A stretch of 63,405 bases of DNA from Bacillota bacterium (GCA_028708605.1 JAQVYS010000004.1:1-63405); one strand, 5' to 3'; numbered from the stretch's first letter, positions 45,697 through 56,352 are shown. Notes: generated from the sequence alone by a model not told the origin. A program made the numbers and translations.

Positions 45697-47271
45697 TTAA
45701 TTTATCTTTCGTATTTCTTGGCAACGCCTATCGATATGTGGCATTCCCATTACTAAAGCAATGACCTTCGCGTCATATTTTTCCTGCAATTTAACAGGCA
45801 AACTAATAAAGAGTATTGGGCGTTTTTTAGATATGTCTTTGGGACGAGTGACCCCTTCTTCAAGCTTCAATGTCCCCTGATACCAACTAGGGAGACTTCT
45901 TGAAAGCCCTTGTTTTAGAAAGTCTAAAAGTACATAATCACTAAGCTCAGGAAACTCTTTGGCCAAAAATCGAAAATAAGCCTCTAGTTTTGATCTTGAA
46001 AAAAGAAGTCCATTTTCTTTTAACCTTTTTGTAAGCTCTAGAAAAAAATCGCCAACATCCAAAACTTCATCTAGAGTCTCCGTAAAAAGATCGCTGTTAT
46101 AGAAACGATCTATAGCAAAATCAAGGCCCTTAAGTTCCGCTAGTTCCATATAAGAAATATCTTTTGTTTTTAATACCTCATATGGTGGATAGTCGGAATA
46201 GACAATCCCAAACTGCTCCGCATTTTCGCGCAATAAAGTCCCTGGAAGAAGCTTTAAAAATCCAAGATGCAATCTGTCAGGACGGGTCTTTAACACATCC
46301 TTAAAGCTTTGGAGAAACCTTTGATAGCTTTCAAAGGGAAGACCTGCAATCAAGTCTGCATAGATTAGAACCTTAGTCTCTTTTGATAGCTGGGATATGC
46401 GTTTTAAAAGCTTTTCTATATCAGTCTTGCGGTTAATTGCCTTAAGTGTAGGAGGATTAGTAGACTGCACACCAATTTCCATCTGAAATAGGCCTGGAGG
46501 CACCTTTTTTAAGAAGTCTATCTCCTCATCCGATATGCGATCTGCAGAGATCTCAAAATGAAAATTACCGTCAGGATAATTATCATAGAGATGTTCCCAC
46601 AAAGCTAGAGTGCGTTTTTTATCTAAGTTAAAAGTCCGATCTACAAACTTAACCTGCCTAACGCCTTTATGCCAAAGTTGTTTTAGATCTGTATAGACCA
46701 AATCTAATGGGCGAAACTCCACAGCTCGATCTACTGAAGATAAACAGTAAGCACAGCGGTTAGCGCAACCCCTCGATGATTCATAGTAAACTAGATGATT
46801 TTTTAGCTCATCCTCTTTTTGATAAGGGAAAAAAGTCTCTGCCAAGCTAATCGGTTTACTTAAAACCTTATTATCAGGCAAAGATCCACTTTTAAAACTT
46901 AAAAGCAACTCTGGCCAAACAGCTTCCCCAGGGCCATTAATTACATAATCCGCTTGGTATTTTCTTAAAGCTTCCTCTGGAGTCTCGCTTACCTCTGGCC
47001 CGCCTAGAACGATAACCGTTTTAGGAAGTAGCTTTTTTAGATCTGTAATAAGCCTGCGTATAACATCAATATTCCAAATATAACATGAAAAGCCAACGAC
47101 ATCTGGATTATATCCAACAATGCTAGTTAGGTGACTTTCTATTAGTTCATTGACGTTGCTTTCATAAATTTTGCAATGGATACCTTCCCTTTGACAAGCT
47201 GTCCGCAGGGCATACACTGCTAGGTTAGATTGGACAAATTTTGCATTAAGTGCTACTAAGAGTGTTTTCAT
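45697..47271 (-). CDS. B12-binding-domain radical SAM protein (DUF4080 type)
   Basis: 524 aa. N-terminal Rossmann-like B12 domain (DVVGFSCYIWN) and the SRGCANRCAYC cluster. Confidence 0.75.
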   Translation of the reverse strand: MKTLLVALNAKFVQSNLAVYALRTACQREGIHCKIYESNVNELIESHLTSIVGYNPDVVGFSCYIWNIDVIRRLITDLKKLLPKTVIVLGGPEVSETPEEALRKYQADYVINGPGEAVWPELLLSFKSGSLPDNKVLSKPISLAETFFPYQKEDELKNHLVYYESSRGCANRCAYCLSSVDRAVEFRPLDLVYTDLKQLWHKGVRQVKFVDRTFNLDKKRTLALWEHLYDNYPDGNFHFEISADRISDEEIDFLKKVPPGLFQMEIGVQSTNPPTLKAINRKTDIEKLLKRISQLSKETKVLIYADLIAGLPFESYQRFLQSFKDVLKTRPDRLHLGFLKLLPGTLLRENAEQFGIVYSDYPPYEVLKTKDISYMELAELKGLDFAIDRFYNSDLFTETLDEVLDVGDFFLELTKRLKENGLLFSRSKLEAYFRFLAKEFPELSDYVLLDFLKQGLSRSLPSWYQGTLKLEEGVTRPKDISKKRPILFISLPVKLQEKYDAKVIALVMGMPHIDRRCQEIRKIN

Positions 47272-47277
47272 TGACGT

Positions 47278-47916
47278 CTATCCTTTAATTAGAGGTGGCT
47301 CAAAGTTATTATTAATAAGAATCTCCACTACTTTTTCGAGGATCAAATAGTAAATGTAGATACCTGCCAAAGTAGAAGGAGAACCTACTTTTAAGCCATA
47401 CTCAGGAATCTCTACTAATAGATCACTTTTTGTGCCATGATTATCTATGGCTACATCACTAACCTCTGAAAGAAATTTACCACTTTGAGCCAAAGATGGT
47501 AGTTCTCCTTTAACCGAATGAGCTGAAATACTGATTACTTTAGCGCCCTGTCTTTGAGCCTCTTCTGCTACTTCAATTGTAAGGGGGTATCTCCCGGAGT
47601 TAGATGCTACAAAGACAGTATCAACTGATTTTAATTGATAGCTTTTCATCAATACAAGACCAAGGCCTGGTATTCTTTCAAAACGTGCAAGATTCGGTAT
47701 ATGCTCATCTAAGAGCTTTGCCTTGTATAGGCTACCTCTTTTGCCAACAGCCTCTAGAGCCACACTAAAAGAATGACCTGTTCCAAAGGTATAAAGCGTT
47801 CCGTCATTTATAACGGTCTCTGCAAGAATCTGTGCGGCTATATTGATTCTACCTTCTTCGTAACTTTTAATATCGCTAAAAACCTTTTCCATGCTGTCTG
47901 TAATATTACTTGACAT
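47278..47916 (-). CDS. SIS-domain protein (UPF0309-like)
   Basis: 212 aa: LYTFGTGHSFSVALE, VFVASNSGRYP. Confidence 0.65.
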   Translation of the reverse strand: MSSNITDSMEKVFSDIKSYEEGRINIAAQILAETVINDGTLYTFGTGHSFSVALEAVGKRGSLYKAKLLDEHIPNLARFERIPGLGLVLMKSYQLKSVDTVFVASNSGRYPLTIEVAEEAQRQGAKVISISAHSVKGELPSLAQSGKFLSEVSDVAIDNHGTKSDLLVEIPEYGLKVGSPSTLAGIYIYYLILEKVVEILINNNFEPPLIKG

Positions 47917-47930
47917 CCACTTTCCTCCCT

Positions 47931-48752
47931 CTACTTATACAAAACGAAAGGATCGGGTGTTTCTATATATTCAATCTCTAACTCAGGGATCTCTTTTTTT
48001 AGAAACTCTGAGAGGCTTTTCATTCCAGGATTTTCGCTATTGGAATGGCCTATTGGCATAAGAGCCACACTAGAATCCTCAGAGTAGCGAGCTGCTTGCC
48101 ATTCGACAGTCTCCCCACAGATCAAGCAATCTGCACCTAATTGCATAGCATCCTTAAGATTATTTAACATTCCTAGAGACCCTACTCCAAGGCCAATGCG
48201 GGTTATGTCTTGATCTGGATCGCCAACGTAACGCAGACCCTTTAGTCCTAAGTCAGCTTTTACCTTTTTTGCTAGATCATGTAACGAAATTATCCTGCTC
48301 TTATATACACGAATTTTCGTAGTCTCCCCAACAACACGATCTAAACCCAAAGCTTTAGCGAGACTATCTAAAATACCATATTCCGGGTAGAAGTCCCATC
48401 CGTCATGAACCCTGTAAATCGGAATATTGTGTTCTTCAAGAAGCTCCTTTTTAACCTTATAAACAGTATCATCTGCTAGATTAGCTGTTTCATCCCAATG
48501 GTTATAGAAAGTAGGCTCATGGGTCACAACCATATCCACGCCTCGCCTAAGTGCTTCATGCAAGACTCCCATAGTAGCCATCCAGGTCACTGCTACTTTC
48601 TTTACTGACTTTTCGGGGTCACCAAATTTAAACCCATCACAAGTCTCCCTAGTGTACACCTCTGGCGTCAATTCTTTAAAAAACTCTGCCACATCCCGCG
48701 CCTTCAAAGCTAAATCGCTCCTTCCATGGCTAAATTGCTGTTTTTTTCGCAA
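47931..48752 (-). CDS. Nif3-like dinuclear metal-centre protein
   Basis: 273 aa: VDMVVTHEPTFYNH ... IGHSNSENPGM. Confidence 0.65.
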   Translation of the reverse strand: MRKKQQFSHGRSDLALKARDVAEFFKELTPEVYTRETCDGFKFGDPEKSVKKVAVTWMATMGVLHEALRRGVDMVVTHEPTFYNHWDETANLADDTVYKVKKELLEEHNIPIYRVHDGWDFYPEYGILDSLAKALGLDRVVGETTKIRVYKSRIISLHDLAKKVKADLGLKGLRYVGDPDQDITRIGLGVGSLGMLNNLKDAMQLGADCLICGETVEWQAARYSEDSSVALMPIGHSNSENPGMKSLSEFLKKEIPELEIEYIETPDPFVLYK

Positions 48753-48826
48753 TTATAGCAACTACAATTATAGCAATTATTCCACAACAGAAGCGGTTAA
48801 CCTTCAAGCTTTACTTTTAATTAATA

Positions 48827-50461
48827 CTACCCTTCAAAAACACTCCCACCAACAAACTCACGCAAAATACTAGTGTTGGGAATGTTCTCACTGCTTAAAT
48901 CAGCAAAATACCTTAAAAACGAAAGTAGCCTCTGAGCTTCAGTGAATTCGTTTTCGTCTTTCGCTACCTTAGTAAGCAGTGGTTCTACATAAGGTTTTAA
49001 GACCGCTAATTCATATGGGAGAGATGAATTAATCATAATGTCTGCCTCTTCTTGGAATGGAAAAATATATTTTTCTTCTCCTCGTCTAACTTTAGGCCAC
49101 ATTTTTAGCGTCTTTACGGCATCATGTCCTCTTGACCTGTTGTCTCTCACTATTCGACGAAGTAACCTTGCATCTGTTGTTGGCACACGGTTATGATCGT
49201 CAATATTAAGCTGAGTTAGAGCGCTGATATAGATCTTATACTTATGGTTTTTAGGAATAGCATCGGTAAGCTCCTCATTAAGTCCGTGGATACCTTCGAT
49301 AATTATTGGCGACGATGTTCCTACTTTAAGTTTTTTAGTCTTTTCATCTCTTTTTCCAAGCTTAAAATTGTATGTCGGAGTTTCAACTGTCTCACCCTGC
49401 ATTAAGCGCGCGAGATGGTCATTAAATAGATCAAGCTCAATAGCTCGAATATTTTCAAAGTCTGGCTGGCCGTCCTCACCTAGAGGTGTGTTTTCCCTGT
49501 CTACAAAGTAATCATCTAGAGAAATAGAGACTGGCTTTAAACCTAACGCTTGCAACTGAATAAGCAAACGATGAGAGAGGGTCGTTTTACCTGAAGATGA
49601 TGGCCCAGCAATCAAAATTAATCTCTTTTCTGGGTTTTCGATAATCTGATTAACAACTTCTGTTATTTTTCTCGAATGAAGCGCCTCTGAGATGAGAATT
49701 AGCCTTTTACTGTCAGTGCTAATTTGGCGATTTAGAGAGGAAACATCAGAAACCTCTAGGATCTCTGCCTGCCTTTCTTCTTCCATAAAGACATGGGCAA
49801 GTTTTGGTTGCTCAACATAACGTCCTAGCTTACCACCGTGATGATAGCTAGGCAAAACTAAGATAAAGCCAGGCAAATAGAACTTCAACTCAAAGTCTTT
49901 AAGAAGACCTGCATGATAAACCACTGGAAGATGAGTATAGTCTTTGTACCAACCAAGACTAAAGATTGGGATATAGTCCTCTGGTCTTTGCCTTAGTATC
50001 TCAATCTTATCTAACTGTCCATCTTCCAAAAAGATCTTCTCTGCGTCACGTTTTCTAACGACCTCTTTAACGAATATCTCATTGCTATCGATAATTTGTC
50101 TCATTCTTTGTGAGATAGTTTTGGCCATAGCAGGACTCATAGCTTTGCCTACATTTTTGATGTCAACAAAAATACCATTAGAAATAGAGTGTCTTACAAC
50201 AACTCTAGCATTAGGATATAACTCTCTAGTTGCCCTAACTAAGACAAAAACCAAACTCCTTTCAAAGATCCTCTGCCCGACAACAGAAGAAAGGGTCACA
50301 CTCTTAATCTCTACTTCATTATTTATCTCGTAGCTTAAACTCTCTAGATAGTTGTCTACTTTACAAGCTAGAGTTCCAGGTTGTACAATATCCAAAACCT
50401 TTGTACCTTCAGAAACTTCCAAAGTCTTTCCATCAAGGATTACTCTCATTGGTAACTTCAC
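48827..50461 (-). CDS. uridine-kinase-family nucleoside kinase with N-terminal ThrRS/TGS-like extension
   Basis: 544 aa: P-loop IAGPSSSGKTT, then a PRK/udk-like C-terminal half. Confidence 0.65.
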   Translation of the reverse strand: MKLPMRVILDGKTLEVSEGTKVLDIVQPGTLACKVDNYLESLSYEINNEVEIKSVTLSSVVGQRIFERSLVFVLVRATRELYPNARVVVRHSISNGIFVDIKNVGKAMSPAMAKTISQRMRQIIDSNEIFVKEVVRKRDAEKIFLEDGQLDKIEILRQRPEDYIPIFSLGWYKDYTHLPVVYHAGLLKDFELKFYLPGFILVLPSYHHGGKLGRYVEQPKLAHVFMEEERQAEILEVSDVSSLNRQISTDSKRLILISEALHSRKITEVVNQIIENPEKRLILIAGPSSSGKTTLSHRLLIQLQALGLKPVSISLDDYFVDRENTPLGEDGQPDFENIRAIELDLFNDHLARLMQGETVETPTYNFKLGKRDEKTKKLKVGTSSPIIIEGIHGLNEELTDAIPKNHKYKIYISALTQLNIDDHNRVPTTDARLLRRIVRDNRSRGHDAVKTLKMWPKVRRGEEKYIFPFQEEADIMINSSLPYELAVLKPYVEPLLTKVAKDENEFTEAQRLLSFLRYFADLSSENIPNTSILREFVGGSVFEG

Positions 50462-50798
50462 ACTCCTAACAAAGTTAATTGTTGGTACAAAAATGATTTT
50501 ATAAGCTTAATTGGTAAATCTAGGGTATTTCCTACTTCCTTCTACTATTTATAAAGTAAGACCTTTTTAATCCCAGTATTAACCTTCGGTTTGATACACT
50601 CAATAAGGAGCTTATAATAGAAGTTTACCCATTTAATAGATGCTAATAAACAACCCATATTCTTAGAATAGAAGAGCATCTTACATAAGACGAACTTACT
50701 TTCTCATAAATAGCTTGATAAAACAACAAGTTTATTAATACACTAACACGGGTAATTAGCTTCAGATGGGAACTTTACAAGAGAAGGGGATGTGGAAA

Positions 50799-52526
50799 AT
50801 GGACCTTTCAATTATTGTCGGTGGCTCAGCTGGGCAAGGGATGCAATCTCTTAGCCATGCTGTTGTGCGCGCTGGGGCTAAAGCTGGATTCCATGTTTTT
50901 GCCACGCAAGACTATATGTCTCGTGTCAGAGGCGGACACAACTTTTCTAGCATCAGGTTTGCTGAAAATGAGCTCCGTACAACTAATCAAGATTGCCATC
51001 TTATAGTTGCACTAGACAAAGAAACCGTTGAGACGCATCGAATTAATTTGCACAAAGACGGCCTTATAATTTGCGATCCAGAAGATGTAAAAGTTGATTC
51101 AGAGATGATGTTTTTTGTTCCATTAAAAGCCCTTGCACAAAAGCACGCCGGTAACAAGATAATGAGTAATACTGTTGCACTCGGTGCAATTTGGGGACTT
51201 CTAGGGGGCGAAATTAAAGATATTAACGATCTCCAGGAACAGACCTGGGAACGTAAAGGTCAAGAGATTATAGACAAAAACAAAAGTGCCGCTTTAGCTG
51301 GTTATACCTATGCTAAAGAAAACAGACCTGAAAACTTTAAATTTAAGTTTAAGAAAGCTAATACAAAACAAAAACGCCTTGTTATTGACGGCGCTACTGC
51401 AATGGGTATGGGTGCTATTGCCGCTGGTTGCCGTTTTGTTAGTGCATATCCTATGACACCGTCTACAAGCCTTACAGAATACATGGCATCACATAAGTCC
51501 TCCTGTAACATAATCGTAGAGCAAGTGGAGGATGAAATCGCTGCGATTAACATGGGTATCGGCGCTGCAAATGCAGGTGCTAGAGTTTTGGTCCCAACCT
51601 CTGGTGGTGGTTTTTCACTGATGGTCGAGGGTTTAGGTTTAGCTGGTATCTCCGAAACCCCTATTGTCATAGTAAACATGCAAAGACCTGGTCCTGCAAC
51701 AGGACTACCAACCCGTACTGAACAGGCAGATTTGCTTTTTGTAATCTATGCTCACCAAGGCGAATTCCCTCGCATGGTTATGGCCCCTCATACTCACGAA
51801 GAAGCCTTTGATACGATGGTCAGAGCTTTTAATATAGCAGATAAGATGCAGACTCCTGTTATCATATTAGGCGATCAGTTCCTAGCGGACTCTTTAAAGA
51901 CCAATCCGGTATTTGACTTTAGCAAGGTTGAAATTGATCGAGGTAAACTAATATCAAAAGAAGGAGGCGACTTGCTAGGAACCGATTACAGGCGTTACAA
52001 GCTAAATGATGACGCCATATCCCCAAGAGCTGTGCCAGGAAGAAGTAAAGCTCTTGTAAGAGTAATTGGCGACGAGCATGATGAGGAAGGCAATCTGATT
52101 GAAGATGCCAAAACTCGTATAGCACAACATGAAAAACGCTTAAAAAAGATAGAAATGCTGCGCAATATGGGTAGAAAACCAATTGAGTATGGCCCGACAG
52201 ATGCACCCTCTGTCCTAGTTTCTTGGGGTTCAAGCTATGGTGCTGTAAAAGAGGCTGTTGATCTGTTAAATAAGGCAGGCAGACCTACCAAAATGGCTCA
52301 CTTTATTGATGTATACCCATTAAATCATGAGCATGTTATTAATGCTGTATCTAAACACAAGTCTAGAATTGCTGTAGAATCTAACGCTACTAGCCAATTT
52401 GCTAAACTGATTAAGTCAGAAACTGGAATTGGAATGACAGGTTTTGTTCTACGATATGACGGAAGACCTCTTACCCCTGAATATATTGTAAGCAAGATAG
52501 AAGAAGGAGGCGATCTTCCTTGGTAA
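50799..52526 (+). CDS. korA: 2-oxoacid:ferredoxin oxidoreductase, fused gamma/alpha subunit
   Basis: N-terminal IVGGSAGQGMQS (gamma-like), then YPMTPST (alpha). Start chosen at MDLSI. Confidence 0.8.
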   Translation: MDLSIIVGGSAGQGMQSLSHAVVRAGAKAGFHVFATQDYMSRVRGGHNFSSIRFAENELRTTNQDCHLIVALDKETVETHRINLHKDGLIICDPEDVKVDSEMMFFVPLKALAQKHAGNKIMSNTVALGAIWGLLGGEIKDINDLQEQTWERKGQEIIDKNKSAALAGYTYAKENRPENFKFKFKKANTKQKRLVIDGATAMGMGAIAAGCRFVSAYPMTPSTSLTEYMASHKSSCNIIVEQVEDEIAAINMGIGAANAGARVLVPTSGGGFSLMVEGLGLAGISETPIVIVNMQRPGPATGLPTRTEQADLLFVIYAHQGEFPRMVMAPHTHEEAFDTMVRAFNIADKMQTPVIILGDQFLADSLKTNPVFDFSKVEIDRGKLISKEGGDLLGTDYRRYKLNDDAISPRAVPGRSKALVRVIGDEHDEEGNLIEDAKTRIAQHEKRLKKIEMLRNMGRKPIEYGPTDAPSVLVSWGSSYGAVKEAVDLLNKAGRPTKMAHFIDVYPLNHEHVINAVSKHKSRIAVESNATSQFAKLIKSETGIGMTGFVLRYDGRPLTPEYIVSKIEEGGDLPW

Positions 52527-53374
52527 CTGTTAATGATTATGTTCTAAAAGAAACTGCTTGGTGCCCAGGTTGTGGCAACTTTGGTATTAGAGAGGCAGTT
52601 AGGGAAGCCGTTGTTGAAATGGGATTAGAGCCACATCAAGTATTGTTTGCTTCAGGAGTTGGTCAGGCAGCTAAACTCCCTGTTTATATCACCGGGAACA
52701 CCTATACAGGTCTCCATGGTAGAACTCTCCCTGCAGCACAAGGAATAAAGATGGCAAACCCAGCCCTAAAGGTTTTTGTTTTTGGTGGCGATGGTGATGG
52801 GTATGCAGAAGGTGGAAACCATCTACTTCACGCTATTAGGAGAAATGTAGATTTAACATACATTGTCCATGATAATCAGGTCTTTGGTCTGACAAAAGGA
52901 CAGGCTTCACCAACTAGTCTCGAAGGTTATATTGCGGGTATGAGCCCCGAAGGGACAAGAGCCCCAAGCTTTAACCCTATTCCTTTTGCAATTGCTGCAG
53001 ATATAGGTTTTGTGGCAAGATCTTACTCTGCTGACAAAAAACATTTAACTTCGATGATTAAGGCTGCTACAGAGTATCAAGGCTTTGCATTAATTGATGT
53101 CCTACAGCCATGTGTTACCTTTAATAAGATCAACACATATAAATGGTATGGTGAAAGAGTCTATCACCTCCAAGAGGACTATGATCCAACAGACAAGCTA
53201 GTTGCTTTTGAAAAAGCCCACGAATTTGGGGATCGGATTCCTCTTGGCATAATTTACCGCTCTAACCGACCTGCTTATATAGCTGGTGAAGGTAATACTA
53301 AGGAAGACCCATTTGTTTTCCGTGATCATAACCCAGCAGATTTCTCCTTCTTAAACGATGAAAATATAATCTAG
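52520..53374 (+). CDS. korB: 2-oxoacid:ferredoxin oxidoreductase, beta (TPP-binding) subunit
   Basis: WCPGCGNFG and GGDGDGYAEGGNH. Overlaps korA by 7 nt. Confidence 0.85.
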   Translation: MVTVNDYVLKETAWCPGCGNFGIREAVREAVVEMGLEPHQVLFASGVGQAAKLPVYITGNTYTGLHGRTLPAAQGIKMANPALKVFVFGGDGDGYAEGGNHLLHAIRRNVDLTYIVHDNQVFGLTKGQASPTSLEGYIAGMSPEGTRAPSFNPIPFAIAADIGFVARSYSADKKHLTSMIKAATEYQGFALIDVLQPCVTFNKINTYKWYGERVYHLQEDYDPTDKLVAFEKAHEFGDRIPLGIIYRSNRPAYIAGEGNTKEDPFVFRDHNPADFSFLNDENII

Positions 53375-53444
53375 TCAATTAGGACACGCTTTTTTGCTAT
53401 AGCTTTGTCTACCTTGAAAAATCGAGGTCTATCCAAATTTCCTT

Positions 53445-53472
53445 TTGCAAATGCAGTACAAAATGATACAAT
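53445..53472 (+). promoter_or_regulatory. putative promoter of the Mn-riboswitch/ATPase unit
   Basis: TTGCAA (53445-50), 16-nt spacer, TACAAT (53467-72). Confidence 0.45.
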
Positions 53473-53504
53473 TGTTGTAATGTTTAATTCTTCTAGTTTA
53501 ATTC

Positions 53505-53596
53505 TAGAGGGGAGTAGCCGCCTCACTTAGAGGATCGTAAGTCGTCATTTCAGCAGATATTCTGCTCGGTTTACGAATATAAATGGCAAGACCTCA
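53505..53596 (+). promoter_or_regulatory. yybP-ykoY (Mn2+) riboswitch
   Basis: AGAGGGGAGUAGCCGCC...AAGUCGUCAUUUCAG...CGGUUUACGAAUAUAAAUGGCAAGACCUC. The GGGGAGUAGC, AGUCGUCA and GCAAGACC blocks match my recollection of the L. lactis yoaB Mn2+ riboswitch. Confidence 0.85.
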
Positions 53597-53616
53597 GTTT
53601 GGGGTCTTGCCATTTT
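53583..53616 (+). terminator. riboswitch expression-platform terminator
   Basis: ATGGCAAGACC-tcagtttg-GGGTCTTGCCAT plus TTTT. The 5' arm reuses the conserved GCAAGACC 3' strand of the aptamer. Confidence 0.8.
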
Positions 53617-53648
53617 CTTTTTCCTAAATATGTGAAAGGAGTCACTTT

Positions 53649-56327
53649 ATGGAAGCATACCAAAAGAGCAAAGAAGAAGTCTTTGAAGAACTAAGCGTTG
53701 GCTTAGACGGACTATCAAATGAAGAAGCTTTGAAACGCCAAGAGCAATATGGTCTAAACAAACTAGAACAAAAGGCTGGGCGAAGTGTGTTTCAAAAGAT
53801 CCTCGCGCAATTTTCAGACTTTCTAATTATCATCTTGATTTTTGCAGCGATTATCTCTGGCTTAATGGGTGAAACAATCAATGCTATCCTGATTTTAGCT
53901 ATCGTTATTATGAATGCGATTTTTGGGCTAGTACAGGAAGCTAAAGCTGACAAAGCTCTGGAAGCTTTGGCAAAAATGAGCTCTCCTAAAGCTAAAGTCA
54001 TCAGAAATGGCAATAGAGAATTCATCTTATCAAACAAGTTAGTCCCTGGCGATATTGTTGTCTTAGAAACTGGTGATAGCATCCCAGCTGACTTAAGACT
54101 GGTTGAAACAACAAATTTAGAAATACAAGAAGCAGCGCTTACTGGTGAATCTGTAGCGTCTTCTAAAAATGCTGATTTTCTCGGCAACGAAAAAACTCCC
54201 TTGGGAGACAGAAAAAACATGGCCTATATGAGCACTATTGTCACCTATGGCAGGGGATTAGGAGTCGTTTGCGGTACAGGCATGAAAACAGAGGTGGGTA
54301 AAATTGCTGAATCAATAAGCACTGTTGATACCTCTTCTACACCACTTCAACGCAAACTTGACACCCTAGGCAAGAGATTAGGCTTATTAATCATTTTTAT
54401 CTCAGTTTTTGTTTTTTTACTAGGGCTTTTAAGAAGCGACCAAGCGATAATCGACCTCTTTATGACTGCCATTTCACTTGCAGTTGCTGCAATTCCCGAG
54501 GGTTTGCCTGCGGTTGTAACTGTCGTACTTGCACTTGGTATGACTAGAATGAGTAAGAAAAATGCAGTTATCAGAAAGCTTCTAGCTGTAGAAACCCTTG
54601 GTACAACAACTGTAATCTGTTCTGATAAAACTGGTACTTTGACCGAAAATCAGATGACAGTTGTAAAAGTTGTTTTACCAAATGGTGAGTTTGAGGTAAC
54701 AGGTGTGGGGTACACACCAGAAGGTGAATTTGAGTTAACCAAAGGCGAAGCCTCCGGATTAAGAGAACTTCTCACTGCGGCATCGCTTTGCACCGATTCC
54801 GAACTGGTAAAAAAGAAAAACCGGTGGGATATCATTGGAGATCCTACAGAAGGAGGTTTAATAGTTGCAGCTTCCAAAGCTGGATTAAAAAAAGCTGACC
54901 TAACGGCAAAATATCCAAGAGTCTTAGAGCTTCCTTTTGATTCAGAGCGCAAAAAAATGAGCACATTACATGCCTTTGAAGATAACTTTAGAATGTGCAC
55001 TAAAGGCGCACCTGATGAGCTTTTAAAACTAGCAGACAAAGTCCTTCTAAACGGCGATGTTGTCGAAATGACGGAGGACATCAGAGCTTATTTTGCTAAA
55101 ACTAATGAAGCTTTAGCTGATGAAGCCCTAAGGGTACTTGCTATAGCAATTAAAGACTATGATAAAAAACCCGAAAAACTAAAAGTAAGTGACGAATCTT
55201 CACTTGTATTCTTAGGTTTAATGGCTATGATCGATCCGCCAAGAAAAGAAGCTAAAGCAGCCATTGAAGAGTGCCTAGAGGCAGGCATTAAGCCTAAAAT
55301 GATTACAGGTGACTACGCAAGAACAGCGCTAGCTATCGGCAAACAGATTGGCTTAGCAGATGAAGAAGACAGAGTCTTAACAGGTACGGAACTATCCGCG
55401 ATGAGCGATAAGGACCTTAAAGAGGCTGTAGAAACAGTAAATATCTACGCTAGAGTCTCACCAGAACATAAAGTCCGCATTGTCAAGGCCTTGAAAGAAA
55501 ATGGGCATATAGTAGCTATGACTGGCGATGGTGTCAACGATGCTATGGCTCTAAAACATGCAGATATCGGTGTATCCATGGGAATTACAGGAACCGATGT
55601 AGCTAAACAGACCGCTGAGATGGTTTTAATGGATGATAACTTTGTAACAATAGTTGGCGCAGTCGAAGAAGGCCGAATCATCTACTCAAACATCCGTAAA
55701 TTTGTCTACTTCCTCTTATCCTGTAACATCGCTGAGGTTTTGGTAATCTTTTTTGCCATGCTATTTGGCCTTCCTATTCCACTTAGTCCAATTCAACTTC
55801 TTTGGATAAATGTTCTTACAGATGCTTTCCCTGCTCTTGCTTTAGGTATGGAGCCTGGTGAGCCAGGTATTATGAAGCAAAACCCACGCAGTCCCAAAGA
55901 ACCACTCATTGATCGGAAACTCTGGGGTTCTATTATTGTGCAAGCCCTAATCATTGCCAGCGCCACACTATTTGCCTTTTTAATAGGCATGTATAGTACA
56001 CCTACTCCAAACGTGGGTCTAGGTAGAACTATGGCATTTTTGACACTAATCCTTGGAGAACTACTAAGAGCATTTAGCACACGTTCTGAGCAAATTAGTA
56101 TCTTCAAATTGGGTTTAGTTACTAACAAACCAATGATCTATTCTGTGCTTGGTTCACTTGCTTTAATGATTCCTGTTTTATTTATCCCAGCATTAAATGA
56201 GGCTTTTGGTATTGTATTTCTAAGTGCAAGCCAGTGGCTTACTGTGATAGCTCTTGGGTTTTTACCTTTTATCGGTGGAGAAGTTCACAAACTGATCATC
56301 AGACAGAAAGCTATAAAGGTAAGCTGA
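53649..56327 (+). CDS. P2-type cation-transporting ATPase (Ca2+/Mn2+ exporter-like)
   Basis: 892 aa: Cation_ATPase_N, TGES, CSDKTGTLT, TGDGVNDA, 10 TM segments. Confidence 0.85.
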   Translation: MEAYQKSKEEVFEELSVGLDGLSNEEALKRQEQYGLNKLEQKAGRSVFQKILAQFSDFLIIILIFAAIISGLMGETINAILILAIVIMNAIFGLVQEAKADKALEALAKMSSPKAKVIRNGNREFILSNKLVPGDIVVLETGDSIPADLRLVETTNLEIQEAALTGESVASSKNADFLGNEKTPLGDRKNMAYMSTIVTYGRGLGVVCGTGMKTEVGKIAESISTVDTSSTPLQRKLDTLGKRLGLLIIFISVFVFLLGLLRSDQAIIDLFMTAISLAVAAIPEGLPAVVTVVLALGMTRMSKKNAVIRKLLAVETLGTTTVICSDKTGTLTENQMTVVKVVLPNGEFEVTGVGYTPEGEFELTKGEASGLRELLTAASLCTDSELVKKKNRWDIIGDPTEGGLIVAASKAGLKKADLTAKYPRVLELPFDSERKKMSTLHAFEDNFRMCTKGAPDELLKLADKVLLNGDVVEMTEDIRAYFAKTNEALADEALRVLAIAIKDYDKKPEKLKVSDESSLVFLGLMAMIDPPRKEAKAAIEECLEAGIKPKMITGDYARTALAIGKQIGLADEEDRVLTGTELSAMSDKDLKEAVETVNIYARVSPEHKVRIVKALKENGHIVAMTGDGVNDAMALKHADIGVSMGITGTDVAKQTAEMVLMDDNFVTIVGAVEEGRIIYSNIRKFVYFLLSCNIAEVLVIFFAMLFGLPIPLSPIQLLWINVLTDAFPALALGMEPGEPGIMKQNPRSPKEPLIDRKLWGSIIVQALIIASATLFAFLIGMYSTPTPNVGLGRTMAFLTLILGELLRAFSTRSEQISIFKLGLVTNKPMIYSVLGSLALMIPVLFIPALNEAFGIVFLSASQWLTVIALGFLPFIGGEVHKLIIRQKAIKVS

Positions 56328-56352
56328 TCTACTAAGCTTTTGGTTTATAGCT

